Assembly: GCF_001194135.2 (NCBI RefSeq)
Contig: NC_068992.1
Span: 61,343,496-61,401,764 of the forward strand
Length of the DNA: 58,269 bases
Direction: 5' to 3'
Source of the DNA: Octopus bimaculoides
Taxonomy: Eukaryota
Position numbers and translations under genes: made by a program
Shown: piece by piece, positions 36,880 to 50,659 of the stretch
How positions within the stretch are numbered: position 1 is the first letter of the stretch
Layout of the letters: every line of letters begins with the position of its first letter
Notes under the pieces: generated by a model
What the model saw: only the letters and a program-made list of their open reading frames with translations
Told to the model about the DNA's origin: nothing
The model's database searches: none

Positions 36880-37310
36880 TGTGTGTGTCGTGCTGATTGA
36901 AGAAATGGGTACAGTTGGCAATTACGAGGGCTTTGCTGCAGAAATTGTGTGACATCATCAATGCAGAGAGCTGTGGCATGCTGACCAAAGGAATCCACCT
37001 CCTCCAAGACAATGCCCAGTCCACAATGTGCATGTTACCCAGATGAAGCACACTCCTGCGACTATGAAATCCTTTCTCATCATCCCCCTTACTCTCCTAA
37101 CCTCACACATCCTACTTCCACCAGTTTTCAACCATGAAGTCTTTTTTGAAAGGGAAGTACTTTTCGGATGATGATAAACTTATTTCTGAGGTAAAGCATA
37201 GGCTCCAGACGCAACCGACCAACATGTACAGACAAGGTTTTCACAGCTGCATAAAATGATAGAAGTGTGTCACCATTGGTGGTGGCTATGTAGAGAAGGA
37301 CTAATAATTA
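36880..37310 (+). mobile_element. mariner C-terminal remnant
   Basis: Degenerate KGIHLLQDNA and HPPYSPNL motifs. Confidence 0.7.
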
Positions 37311-38349
37311 TGCCAAGTTTTATTTATCCCAGTCCTTGGGAAGTAGGTCAGGGGAAATCTTTAATGAACACCCCTTGTATGTATACTGATAGTTGAGTGG
37401 TTGCTGTTATTTCCAGCTGTCAGGAATCTGCCATTGACAAGGCCGTGGAAGGCCAAAATCCTGTGATCTGGAAGTCTTGGTAGCAGCAATTGCTGTGATT
37501 GTGTCCTGCTAGTAATGTAAACGAGAATACTTATTTGCATCATAAACCCATATGAGTGGTTCCCTCATGGTAACTGTCACAGTATTCTGTGTTCCAACAC
37601 AACATCCAGAATAAATATCACAATGCACTTTTCAGATGCTCTAACAATTCTGTCAGCTTGTTACTTTAGACAAGGATGAGAATAATAAAAAGAATATGAG
37701 GGATGGATTATGGTGTTGCATTTCTAGAATAAAGGCATACTCCTAGGAGTAAACATTTTTATATTCTTCTCTTGAAGTAAGATGACATTCTTATCTCTTT
37801 TACCAGTGTGACATGATAAACTTTATTTTTTTTTAGATGAAAAGAAAAGTAGATTCTCTCTCCTTCTCCTCCCTCCCTCTCCCTCCCTCTCTTCCTCAAT
37901 CTCTCTCCTTCTCCTCCCTCCNNNNNNNNNNNNNNNNNNNNNNNNNNNCCCTCCCTCAATCTCTCTCTCCCTCTCTCTCTCTGTCCAGCGTGAACATTGA
38001 TATTTATGGTAAGACAACCTTGGGTTCACAGTATACTATAAAAATGGATTTTACTATTCTACTACCAAACAAAAAAAGCATAAAGAACAATGCTACACCA
38101 TTCAATAAATGTCAGTCACACTTAATTATAGATTCAACACAAAAAATCATACTGGAATAAATATGGATATAATAGATATAAAACACAAAACCTGTTACGA
38201 AATGGATAAAATGTCATCCCGCTTTGAATCAGAAACTGAACATAGGATAGATTTAAAGGTTAGACCAATAGCTTTATGTAATCTACAATGAAGGATTGAA
38301 TAAAAGGTTAGCTCTGCTTGTACCCCAATTCTTTATTATTATTATTATT

Positions 38350-38361
38350 ATTATTATGATT

Positions 38362-38418
<57 letters not shown>

Positions 38419-38837
38419 GATGATGATGTTGTAATAAAACTCACAGCTTATGTTGCTGGGTATGATGGAAAGTGTCAGCTGCCCACAGCCAGCAGACTAA
38501 GGCAACACTTGTTTTACTGGTCATGCTTCAAGAACCTTGCGAAGAATTCTTGCAGTTCCAAGCGATGCTGATCTTTGTAGGTGTTCTACTTTTACACTTG
38601 CTCCAGTCTTTTTCAGCCATGTTGGTAGTTGAGTGCTGACACTTCCAAGTGTACCAATTACTATTGGTATCACGTCCACTCTCTTCATTGACCACAACCT
38701 TCGTATTTCTCACTTCAAATCATCATAGTTGTTTATTTTTTTCTTCTTTCACACTGACCCTGTTGTCACCAGGGCATGCTGTATTAATTATCATACATGT
38801 TCTTTGTTTTTTATTCCCCACAACAATGTCTGGTCTA
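38350..38837 (-). mobile_element. 5'-truncated R4/Dong-like (RLE) LINE inserted in a (TAA)n tract
   Basis: RPDIVVGNKKQRTCMIINTACPGD...EIRRLWSMKRVDVIPIVIGTLG...SLGTARILRKVLEA*, followed by a (CAA)n/(TAA)n tail; the empty site is visible at about 12285-12300. Confidence 0.8.
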
Positions 38838-39150
38838 TTATCATTATTATTCTTGCAATGTATAAATGATGATTTATTTTGCATATTCTGTAGAATTTGG
38901 TCAGTTTACTACAGCATAGCATATTATTGTATATGTAAGAAGTTTGTATGCAATCATTATCTCATAATGATTATTTTTTATTTGCCTTTGTTTTGGTAAG
39001 CTGCTTCTTCTTTGAGGAGGTACCTTGATCTGTATTGTGTAATGCATTTAGATTGTGCAAGAACATAAAAATAATTATAATACTTGAATTGAGAGTCTTA
39101 ATATAACAATAAAATAAATAGCCTTTCCTTATATATACATACATATATAA

Positions 39151-39197
<47 letters not shown>

Positions 39198-39429
39198 TGT
39201 GTGTGTACATGGATGAGTGGATATATGAAAGAAAGTGTTGTAACACATTTTGTTAGTAGTTGGTTCTTAACTCCCTCTTGTTTATCATAGTTCTCCAATC
39301 TATAACTGAGGAATTTAAAACTGGCTGTTCTTGGGAGCTCTTCTTTGCCTTGTTCTTATTGCTGAATTACTACCAGAACTAGAGAAGAAATTTCAGGTGT
39401 GGGAGGAAGGTCTGGAACCAAAGGGCCTT

Positions 39430-40270
39430 AGAGTTAATTTAGCAAGACCATAATATTGATAAGCAGGAAAACTGGCAAATTGTAGATCTCTTTAAGGAGA
39501 TGGCCCTGCATGATATGTAGAAAAGGTGTTGGGAGAAACTTCATAAAGTGTATCTGGTGCAAGCTAGAAACACATAAGGGGTGCATCAGTATCACTGGAT
39601 GACTAACGGAGAAAGTAGCCTTCACATGTGGCAGATGTGCAGGTACATTAAACACCAGGAATGTACAAAAAATAGACTTCCCCATATGACATGGAGGATA
39701 CCTAGAAGTAGGAGACAGTTTGTGTTACTTAGGTAATCAAGTTTGTTGCAGAGGTGGTTGTTCTGAAAGCATAAGAGTAGGCCAGGAGAAATTCAAAGAG
39801 TTACTGCCTCTGTTAGTAACAAAGGGCCTCTCCCTCAGAGTAAAAGGCAAATTGCACAATGCCTCTATACAATTGGATCAACCTTTGACAGACTCTCCTC
39901 CTCCTCCTATTCATTCTCCACATTCAGCAGTCTTTCAAAATGGCTTCTCCAAGCCTCTTTCTTTGCAGAATCATTAAACGCAAGGGTACCATCATCCATA
40001 TGGATACATTTCTCTCCTATGACATCATGGTTTTCTCTCACACATTGTTTTGCAATCTGAAATACTTCAGATCTCTTTTCTGCTACTCCCTTGGCTATAT
40101 ACACCTGTCCCTTAGCTTCCCTTTTGGCTATCTGATACATTTTCCTGCTACCCCCACTCTTCCAGGTTCCAGGCCTGTTCTAATGGCCCTGTCTACAGTA
40201 TTGACATACTTCTTATTTCTTGCATGCACAACATTTCTACTTATTTTCACTCAAATATCTCTATAATCTC
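39430..40270. mobile_element. Two RTE LINE fragments in opposite orientation (39430-39870 +; 39900-40270 -)
   Basis: GQEKFKELLPLLVTKGLSLRVKGKL on plus; VFQIAKQCVRENHDVIGEKCI...KKEAWRSHFERLLNVENE on minus. Confidence 0.8.
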
Positions 40271-40460
40271 ACCAGACCTACTTTCTAATTGTATCAAAAC
40301 ACACACAAACACACACATGTGTATATATTGCCTGAAAACATGTGATGATTAGTGAGATGAAGAACATCAGTGTGTAGAAAAATCTACCTCAGTGAATCCC
40401 CTCTGGTTCATAAAGTATGGAAAAGTGGATGAAAAAATAAGGATAATGACGTATGTATCC

Positions 40461-40492
<32 letters not shown>

Positions 40493-41360
40493 CTGTATGT
40501 ATGTATGTAGGTATGTATGTGCTGACATACTTATAAAATGGGGAATTGTACTTCTATTTTACAAAATTAGATGGTTTACAAAACAACATTCCATTGAGCA
40601 TTTGAAATGCTAATGAGTTGTTTTGACCCCAAAAGGATTTCGTTTTTATCAAAGTGCATTAAATTTCCATGTTAATATATTGTCCAGGCCACAGTTTATA
40701 AATATTTTCACAATGTTTTTTGTTTTATCTTTCAAATTCCGATGTTTTCATTGAGAATATTTCTCTTATTTGTTTTTGTCTGCAGAGTAAGGATAATGTC
40801 TGCATCTCTGGTAGACCTTTCTAGAGTAGTGGGAACAATTCAGTTGATGTCTAGTTTGAACTTTCGTAGGAGACGAAATAAGGAAAGTTTGAGACATTAC
40901 ATACATGTAGCACAGGGGTACAAGGATTAGGTTAAAGTATTTAGTAGAACCCTAACCCTAGTTTAGTAGATCAAACGAAAGAAAAGGAGTGACAAAGAAA
41001 AGCAAAGGTGAGTGCATTGAGTGGTATACAGGTAACAAATTTAGAGAAGCAGTGACTGTTCGAAGAGTGTGGGAAAAGAATGTTTGTGGGTTAGTAATTG
41101 TGGGATTATATAGGTTTCAAATTTTGGCACAAAGCCAGCAATTTTGGGAGAGGAAACAAGTTGATTACATCGACTCCAGTGTTCAACTGACACTTATTTT
41201 ATCAACCCCGAAAGGATGAAAGCAAAGTTAACCTTGGCAGAATTTGAACTCAGAGCATAGACAGACAAAATGCTGCCAAGTGTGTAAATGGTTCTGTGAG
41301 CTCGCCGCCTTTTTGTGGGACTATATTTTTAATTAAACATTTCACTGATTTCTTCCTTAA

Positions 41361-41491
41361 TGAAAAGGGGAAGCTCACGTGCATTGAACTGAAGTGGAGT
41401 CTTCTGACAGTGATGAGAGTATTTTCACCACAAAGCAATATCACAGCTCATGACAATTATTTTAATAATACTGTCAACCTTTATGGCTCAT
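41361..41491 (+). pseudogene. Pseudo-exon 2 of the ARRDC duplicate
   Basis: KGEAHVH*TEVESSDSDESIFTTKQYH(fs)AHDNYFNNTVNLYGS versus KGESRVHWTERHSTGSGKNRSTTTRHYSAHENYFDYTVILYGS. TGG to TGA at 41385-41387, 2-nt deletion, acceptor AG lost with a ~14-nt deletion. Confidence 0.92.
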
Positions 41492-41552
41492 GTAAATTCT
41501 CATTATGTGAAACTAAGTACATGCCTGAATACACCCACACAAACATTCTTCT

Positions 41553-41593
<41 letters not shown>

Positions 41594-42639
41594 AGTTTGC
41601 ACATGCAGACGCACTTAAACCTTTCACTTTTGCAAACCTCTCTCATATTATTTCATCAGGAATATATATTTTGTTGCTATTTATCCACAGATCAGACTTC
41701 AATAAACAAATTTATGATCAAAAGCATTCACATCATTTTTTTTTTTTTTAGAAATAGTACATCTAAGACTACATCTACATTATCAACTACGCCCTTCCTT
41801 CTTTGAGAAAGTAGAGTATGATTTAAATGAAATTTGGTTACCATTTCTAGCAAGTTGACTGATAAAATAGAGGGTTTCTTAGCAACTCATGATAAGAATA
41901 TCTTTTACCTTTACTGTAAAAAGGTGTGTTGGTCATAAGCACTAAAGTGAACATAACTGTGTCTTAACAGCTAATAACCAACAAAAGTACTTTATTGCAG
42001 GCTTCAAAAGTTCTATACACACTTCTCACACTTCTTGTGCACAAAACCTTCTTCATCTATTTCTATCTGCCTCTCTACCTGTCTGCTGCATTTCTTTCTT
42101 TACTACCTTCCATTTCTTCCTCTGTCCATCTCTATTAACTACCTACTGTCTATCTTTATTCACATTTTTCTCTGTACTCTCTCTTTCTTTGTACTTGCTC
42201 TTCCCCAACCTTCACTATTCCACTCTGTCTCCCTTTCTTTGCTTCTAGATGCCAAAAGACCATCCAATTTTTTATCACTCATCTTTTTTCTACTTGACCA
42301 GTGCATAGGTAAGACATGTATTTTGTTTCATCTCCTGCCTAGCACTCGCTTCAGACCCTCAGTCTACCTTTTCACTTTTCATTCTTTTCTTTCCTTCTAT
42401 CTTTCTTCCCTTCTGTCCCATCTTTCTGTCCTTCTTCTGAGCCCTCTCATTGTACCTTTGGAACATAAGCACCACTATTTTCTTCCTTTTTTGTTAATTT
42501 TCGTCATGTAGTGTCCCACATTTTGAAATACTTGCAATTTGTATTTTTACTGTTTATGTTTGCTTCACTTGATATATTTCCAAAATTAAACATTTCAATA
42601 TATAAAATATATTTCATATTATTACATATACTAATTGTC

Positions 42640-43135
42640 AATGCAAAAAATATTGTGTTTATTGACTATCTTCAAAATGATCACACCATCAAGGAAAAGT
42701 TCAATGTCAACTTGCTAAGGCAGTTATGAAAGGCTATTGAGACCAAACACCCAGAAAAACTGATGAATGGGGTCTTGTTTCATTAAGACAATATTTCAGC
42801 ACGCAAGTCCTTGGTTTCAATGGCTGCTGTGTGTGACTGGCTTTGAACTGGTTGATCACCTTCCCTATGTTAGTGATTTGGTTCCGTCTGATCATCATGT
42901 TTCCTAACATGGACAAACACTCAGTTGGACACCAGTATTGCTGTGATGATGACATCTTATCTACTGTTGATGACCATTTTGACCAACAGAATAGCTTCTT
43001 CACCAGTGCAATCCAAACACTGTAACTACTTATGGAAGTGTGTGGACAATAAGAGGAACTATGTTAAAAAATGAACTTCATTTGGTCACATTCCATGAGA
43101 GTGCTTTGCTCAACCTATGAACATTTTAGCCAAGC
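42640..43135 (+). mobile_element. mariner C-terminal remnant
   Basis: FIDYLQNDHTIK, GVLFH*DN and DHLPY...PSDHHVFP; same family as 11230-11810. Confidence 0.8.
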
Positions 43136-46100
43136 TTCATAATAATAAAAATTATCATTATATCTGCATTTGTTTTATTGTGGGCAATGAAAAAAATCCA
43201 CATTTTTCGTAAAAAAATTTGGACATGGGTTTGCACCCACTAAGCAAATTTTGTTCCTGGACCACTGCATGTGTGAGTGGGTGCATGTAACAATAACAAC
43301 ACCCATATATGCACCACATCCACATATGCAATCATGTATGCCTGTGTGATGATATGCTATCATCATCATCATTGTTTAACGTCCATCCTCCATGCTGGCT
43401 GGCCTGCATTAATCACAAAAGGTTTATCAAGGTCAAGATTGCACTCAGTTACCATACTAAACAACATATCAACATTGTTTGCTCACTTCTATCATAAGCG
43501 TGTGTATTTAGCATTGTTGTATGGTTTTAGTTATACATGAATAAACACAATGTGTATTTTATGTGTATTTGTTTGGACATGTATGTACAGAACGGCAAAG
43601 AGATATAGCAGAAAAATCTCCTTTGAACCACATTCTAGATATAGGATTATAGCTGAAATGCCTTTGACATTGAATCAGCTCAATCAGAGAAATAATCTGG
43701 GGATAAGCAACACGACTAATAACAATAAAAAAAAAAAGGGGCATTTCTGTGCTGGGATCTTACCACCTGGGTGTTCACACACTTGGGGGTACAAGATGCT
43801 ACTTAAAGAATAGCAACAAAGAGGAAAAGTAGATACCTTATTAAAATCACTTTTCTGAATAAAGATAATAAACTCATAAAAATGATTTTATTATTCTACA
43901 AATGTAGACAGTAGATTACATCAACTGGTGATCAGTTAAGTGTCACATCATACAAGTTTTGTTTATTAATATCAATGAAAAAAGACTTCCTTCTAAGACT
44001 TTCAAGATACAAATACATTGACAATATGTGATCTTTTACTCAATTTCTCAGTCTTCTGTAGAGTTTCATTGATTGAATATTTTATCCTAAGAATAAAAAT
44101 GGTATGAAAGGTGTTTTGAACATCCTGCTTATGCTCCATATATATAATTTTCCACAACAATTTTTTCTCTGTTTTCATGTACCAAATCTGTAGGAATCAG
44201 TGATCATGGAATTTTATGCCAAAGCGTGAGGATTCATGACTTTTTGTGGCAAAGATGCAGCAGTGGTTTGCACTGCCTTCAGTCAGTTTATTTAGTTTAT
44301 TTATAGTTTACTCAACAAGTCTTCTGCTTCCCTGAACTTACTCTTAACCATTTAGCATTCAAATTATTCTATTAGATATAAAGCTTATTTATGCCTTGAA
44401 TTAATCATGCACTGTCTTTTAGCTCTGAGGTTTTGATGATGTAATTGTTTATTTTTAAAATGACACTGTAGGGTTGGTGTGAGAAGCCAGATCTGGCCAG
44501 TTTGGACATAAAACAGGTAGAATGATTGGCCATGATATTGGCCTATTTCAATTTTAGGGCCAATGTTTCAAGGCCAGTTCTCCTCCTAGTTCTGTATACT
44601 TTAGCCACAGGTCCATCTTTTGCCATTTGATCTATACCTGAAGTAACTAAAAGGTAACTACCAAACCAGGTTAGAACAAACCTGGGAGCAGTGATAGAGT
44701 AAGGAGTAGCACCATATTTGCCGAAACACCTGAATTCCTGAGCCTCATCATAGAATCTGATCCATGGTAAACAATCATCATCATCATTATCATCATCATT
44801 TAGCATCTGTTTTCTATGCTGGTATGGGTTGGACAGTTTGACGAGCTGGCCAACTGAAGAGCTGTTTTGGCCTGGTTTCTACAGTTGGATGAATTTTCTA
44901 ACACTAACCACTTTACACAGCGTACTGGGTATGTTTATGCAGCACTGGCATGGGTGCATTTATGTGGTATTTGTACGGGTGATTTTTACATGGCACCAGC
45001 ACCCACAAGTCTGCAAAATTAGGGATATTCAGGTGAAGAGGGATGCAGGGGACACGCCAGTATGCAAGAACAACCATGCTTTCACTTAGCTTGATGTGTC
45101 TTCTCAAGCACAGAAAGCAGCCAGAAGTCTCAGTCCCTATCATCCTTTCTGAGGCCCAATGTCTGAAGACCCTTTCTCCAGGATTGGATTTAAACGATAG
45201 GGGGACTGGGGTACTTGTATTTAGATAAACATTTAAATATCTGTGTGTGTGTTTGCATTTATCCCCACCTCCACTGCTCTGCATCTGGAGTCTGCTTGCA
45301 TCCCCATAACTTAACAGTTTGACAAAAGACACCAATAAAGTAAGTACCAGACTTTTCAAAAGTAGGTACTGAGGTTGATCTGTTCAATTCATACCTTTTG
45401 AGACAGTGCCCCAGTATGGCCACGGTCCAATGACTGAAACAGGTAAAAGATAAAATGTACTTTCTTTCTTTCTTAATTATTCTTTGANNNNNNNNNNNNN
45501 NNNNNNNNNNNNNNNNNNNNNNNNNNNNNNNNNNNNNNNNNNNNNNNNNNNNNNNNNNNNNNNNNNNNNNNNNNNNNNNNNNNNNNNNNNNNNNNNNNNN
45601 NNNNNNNNNNNNNNNNNNNNNNNNNNNNNNNNNNNNNNNNNNNNNNNNNNNNNNNNNNNNNNNNNNNTGAATGGTATTCTTATCCAAATGCAGATGGTGT
45701 GTGATGAATTCTTTCCATTCGGGTAGACAACATGGTAGTTTGCCAATTTTTAGATCAGTAGGAATAAGAACTGTTTCATATACCCAGGTGTATGCACTTA
45801 AGCATCTTCGTTTTTTTGCTCTTTGGTTATGTTTTGTTGTTCTCAATAACTAGGGAATTGTTCATTTCTGCTGGGTTGGTGGTTTATGTCATTTAACTGT
45901 TTAACATTTCTACTTGAAATCTGAAGAGAGACGATATTTATACATACACAAATACATATATTCATACATACATACGTATGTATATATGTATGTATGTATA
46001 TATGTATGTATGTATATATGTATGTATGTGTATTGTTGAAATATGAAAACACTTACATGTGATTTTGTCTATGTCTCATATACACTTGTATACATATGTA

Positions 46101-46142
46101 GTACATACATATATGTGTGTGTGTGTGTATCAAATATGTGTG

Positions 46143-46174
<32 letters not shown>

Positions 46175-47039
46175 TGAAAGTCTTGTTAGTGCATTTGGTT
46201 GATGGAAACTGAAAGAAGCCCATTGCATATGTGTGTGTGTATGTTTATAGTTTGATCGCAAATGTGTGTGTTTGGATCTCCTTGTCTTGACATCATGTGA
46301 AAGCTGTAAATGAGTGTCACTGTTAAATAAGTGGCACAATTTATTTCCAATATTTCCAACACTGCAAGAATATATCTGGCCATGGGGGTTATATAAACTT
46401 GCTTGGAAACAAGTGAGCATTGCTAACAGGAGGGGCATCGAGAAGAAAATTTGCCTCAATAAAATACCCTTTCCAACCTATGCAAACTGAAAAGTGGATG
46501 TTAAAATGATGATGATATACCTATAAAATATGTGTGTATGTGTAATATATGCATATATTTTCCCTATCAATTGTTTAAAAATATACTAAATGTGCAACAA
46601 GGAATTCCTTACATAGATCCTGCGACTAAAGTGCAGTACCACGGATGACACTTGGTAGATGTAAGAACTGAATGAATGCTCAAGGCACACTACTAGGGAC
46701 ATTTCCAAATAAAAGCTTGGATGCTACATCTTAAAGTCTCCTTTCTAAACTTTAATTTTAAACATAACCTGATATATGCATATATATATATATTTACATG
46801 AAGTTAAACATACATCTGGACATAGAGAGACCAATGCTTTTGCATCCATAAAGCGCTTAGTTTTATAGATGTCTCATCATACCTCAGTGGCTGCAGCCAT
46901 TGAGGTCTGACTAGTCATCATGTAAATATATTACTATTCTAACTTTTAGAGTGTGCTTCTTTTTCAGATATAGGATCCACTGATGATGATCATCATCATC
47001 TTCATTGTCATTTAACATCTGCTTTCCATGCTGGCATGG

Positions 47040-47490
47040 GTTGGACGGTTTGACTGAGGACTGGTGAGCCAGAAGGCTGCACCAAGTTAAATCTCATCTG
47101 GCAAAGTTTCTACAGCTGGATGCCCTTCCTAACGCCAACCACTCTGAGAGTGTAGTGGGTGCTTTTATGTGCCACTGGCATGAGGGTCAGTCAGGCAGTT
47201 CTGGCAACGACCACACTCAAAAGGTATTTTTTACATGTTACCTGCATGGGAGCCAGTCCAGCTGCACTGGCAACGACCACGCTCAAATGTTGTTTTTCAT
47301 GTGCCACAAGCGCATGTGCTGGTAAGGCAACACTGGCAATGATCTCGCTCAAATGGTGCTTTTTACATGCCACCGGCACAGGAGCCAATCTGTGCCCAGC
47401 CCTGGCAAGGATCACGCTTGGATGTGCTTTTAACATTCCACTGACACTAGTGCCAATCAGGCAGTACTGTCATTGGCCATGTCAGCGATT
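47040..47490 (+). repeat. SINE/LINE-tail element with an internal ~70 bp minisatellite
   Basis: About four degenerate units of TTTT.ATGTGCCAC...CTGGCAA.GA.CACGCTCAAA; a related unit is at about 35810-35950. Confidence 0.7.
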
Positions 47491-47685
47491 TTAATTTTGA
47501 TTTTGATTTTACTTGCTTCAATAGGTCTTAGCAATATGCATGCATGCGTGTGTGTGTGTGTGTGTGTGTGTATATAATATATAGATATATATATTGTTAT
47601 ATCCTTACGCCTCTAATATCATAGTATGGTTGACATTATACTGCAAAATAGAAGCAGTGGCAGTAACAAGTACATAACAAACCAA

Positions 47686-48420
47686 TGTTTTACAAGCCAA
47701 CAGTTGATATTTCCAACACACTAACTCAAACTGTAAACTGTACCTGGACTTCGAAGAGCAAACTATGGATTGCCGACTATGTCAGACTGCTACTATTTAT
47801 ATGCAGTGGTCCTGTCTATTGTCGTCAGAGGGTGTTGCACTTTCCCTGTAACATCTCCCCTTTTCAGATTTTGAGTTCCGAAGGAAGAAAGAAATTTTAT
47901 TTATTATTATTATTGAGTATTTTTTTGCTTGGGCCTAATCTCAAGGTATTTGGTCTGCTTCCATTTTCTCATGCTGGTTCAATGGGACCCCATTACTTTT
48001 GGTGCTGGGACATTGAATACATCAAAAAATACTTCCATAGGAATTTCTCTTCATTCTTTGGTATATCTCTTTTTTAGCTGATTTATGTGTCTCTTATGTT
48101 CCCAGCATGGTCTTTTAATTAGATACATCATACTTCCTATTCTTCTACCATTTTTGTAGGTTCTAAAATGCACTTTATCTCCTACTTTGAAATATTTCAT
48201 TGCATCTTTTGTATTTCCTTTACATCTTTTATTCTCAGGCAATAACTTATCAAAAATTGATTTTATTCTTCCCACGAACATCAATTCTGTGGGTGACTTT
48301 CCTGAATTTGTACTTGGATTTGGGGTTACTCTATATACTCTGCAGTATTTTGTTAGTGCTTCGTCATTACTTAATTCATTCCTAGCTTTTCTTAATGCTC
48401 TTTTGAATGTGTCCACAAAT
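47686..48420 (-). mobile_element. Gypsy-type LTR retrotransposon 3' end: integrase C-terminus, PPT and putative 3' LTR
   Basis: MDTFKRALRK...YRVTPNPSTNSGKSPTELMFVGRIKSIFDKLLP (integrase). PPT GAAAAGGGGAGA at 47854-47865 directly precedes TGTTACA at 47853; candidate LTR end ...GTAAAACA at 47686; internal TATAAA. Confidence 0.8.
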
Positions 48421-50605
48421 CTTTCTACCAGACTACCAGACAGGCCAGAGAGAACTAACAGGGCTGCCTATTACTTCCCTCTGGCCTGTCTAGTAGTAGA
48501 GATAAAGCTTGTGAATGAGTTCCATCACAAATGACCTTGATAATTTAATAGGTTGAAGGACTGGTGTCAATTCTTTACAGCCGTTTCTAACAACTCCTTT
48601 AATTGATTAATGAGTAAATTATATCATTATAAAGAAACTGTTTTCCCCTCCCCTTTCAACCAGTCATGTGGAAGCATTACATATGGACTGAGCAGAACAA
48701 GCAGGATTATTATAAGCAGAATCATTATAAGATTTAAATAATTAAATGAAATACAGGTACCTATACACTACTATAAATAATTCAGGTTTATAAATACTGT
48801 TCTGTGCAAACTACTACTGTGAAAGATACCAGTTAATGAGTCTGGCAGCCATGAAATTTGAAGTTTCTATTTGTAAATTAGCATGGATTTTAAGGGCTTT
48901 GAGATAATCAGTGGTGAGAAAGTTGGTGTTGTAGCTGTCACATGCATAGACAAATTCCAACGCTCTGGTTAAAGATGTTTCATTTCAGATTTTGGAATAG
49001 AGTCAGTAGTTTTGGGGCAGATGGTAAGTCAGTTACATCAACCCCAGTGATTAACTGCTGCTTATTTTATTGACCTCCCCAAAAAATGAAAAGCAAAGTC
49101 AACCTCAGCAGAATTCAATCTCAGAATGTAAAGACAGAGAAAATGCTGCTAAGCATTTTGTCCAGCATGTTCTACCAGTTTGCCACTTTCTCTGGTAAAA
49201 GATGTTTTGGAAGATTATGAAGGAGTGGTTGAGCAGCATGAAGGAATGGCCAGAGAGGAAGAAGGTAAAAGACTTGAGGTTTGCTGATGACTAAAAAAGA
49301 TGGAGGGAGGAAGTTGCATGCCTTGTTGCATACCTACAGTTTTGGATCTATGGCTCTATGACTCTTGAGCATGGACACTGAACAAGAGACTTCAAAACAA
49401 GTTTTATGGTACATACATCTGAGTGGTTGGCGTTAGGAAGGGCATCCAGCTGTAGAAACTCTGCCAAATTAGATTGGAGCCTGGTGTAGCCATCCGGTTG
49501 CACCAGTCCTCAGTCAAATNNNNNNNNNNGGTGTAGCCATCCGGTTGCACCAGTCCTCAGTCAAATCGTCCAACCCATGCTAGCATGGAAAGCGGACGTT
49601 AAACGATGATGATGATGATGATGATGATACATAGGAATGCATTGTGTAGTTCTCAATGTTTCTTTGCAGCAATGGTATGACAGTCTTCATGCCATCACTT
49701 TGATAATCAGAGGGAAAAAGAACACATTATGCAAGACAGTGATGGAGAAGAAAGCATGAAGTATTCAGCAATCTCCTCTGGAAAGCCATGTATGGACATG
49801 GTATCAGCAGAGTGAGGAGAGCATATATCGATCAACTTGTGAAAGAGACAACCATCAAGGCATTCACCACCACTGCTGCTAATCTACTGCCACTTGTCCA
49901 CCACAATCTCCAGTGTAACCGCTACAGCACCAGCAACACCATCATTTGGGGAGCTGGTGTTACTAGCACAAACATCAGACTTAAAAGGGGTCACTGCCCA
50001 TCTGGCTATCAAAATGGCAGGATCTACTTAGACACACATTTATTTGAATGTACTCTTCTGAAGATGGACCTTTGTGTCTGAAATATAAAGGTTTTTCAAC
50101 TTTCATTTCTGAATTGTTAGAAGCTTTCCTGGTAGATGGATAGAAATAAATAAAGCAAGCCAAAAAGAAAGAAAGAAAGAAAGGTAGATAAATAGTGTTG
50201 GGCCTCATGGAGGCAATGACCAAGACCTTTGGCATTATGTCTTGCTTGAAAAGAAGACCCATCAAGCTGAGCAGAATCGTAGTCGTGACAGATACCAGTG
50301 TCATGCAAATGGCACCTGTGCCGGTGGCACGTAAAAGCACCCATTACACTTTTGGAGTGGTTGGCATTAGGAAGGGCATCCAGCCATAGAAAACCATGTC
50401 ATCTCAGACTGGATTCTGGTGCAGCCTTCCAGCGAGCCAGCCCAGTGAAGCCATCCAACGCATGTCAGCATGGGCAATGGATGCTAAATGATGATGATAT
50501 ATATGTACGTATGTGTGTATGTATGTGTGTGTGTGTGTGTGTGTGTGTNNNNNNNNNNGGCAATGGATGCTAAATGATGATGATATATATGTACGTATGT
50601 GTGTA

Positions 50606-50644
<39 letters not shown>

Positions 50645-50659
50645 CATAAACACTAGGAA

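Larger units (their letters stand above)
34960..41970 (+). pseudogene. Inverted partial duplicate of the ARRDC gene (intron 1 - exon 2 - intron 2)
   Basis: Collinear inverted blocks: 17310-17870/34960-35490; 11940-12710/37805-39140; 8970-9810/40520-41360; exon 2/41361-41491; about 8380-8820/41500-41970. Confidence 0.9.

Noticed and set aside
43550-43813. ORF with an HFCAG motif as the duplicate's exon 3 or 4
   Set aside because: No alignable arrestin motifs beyond HFC; no exon 3-6 homologues found downstream of 42 kb.
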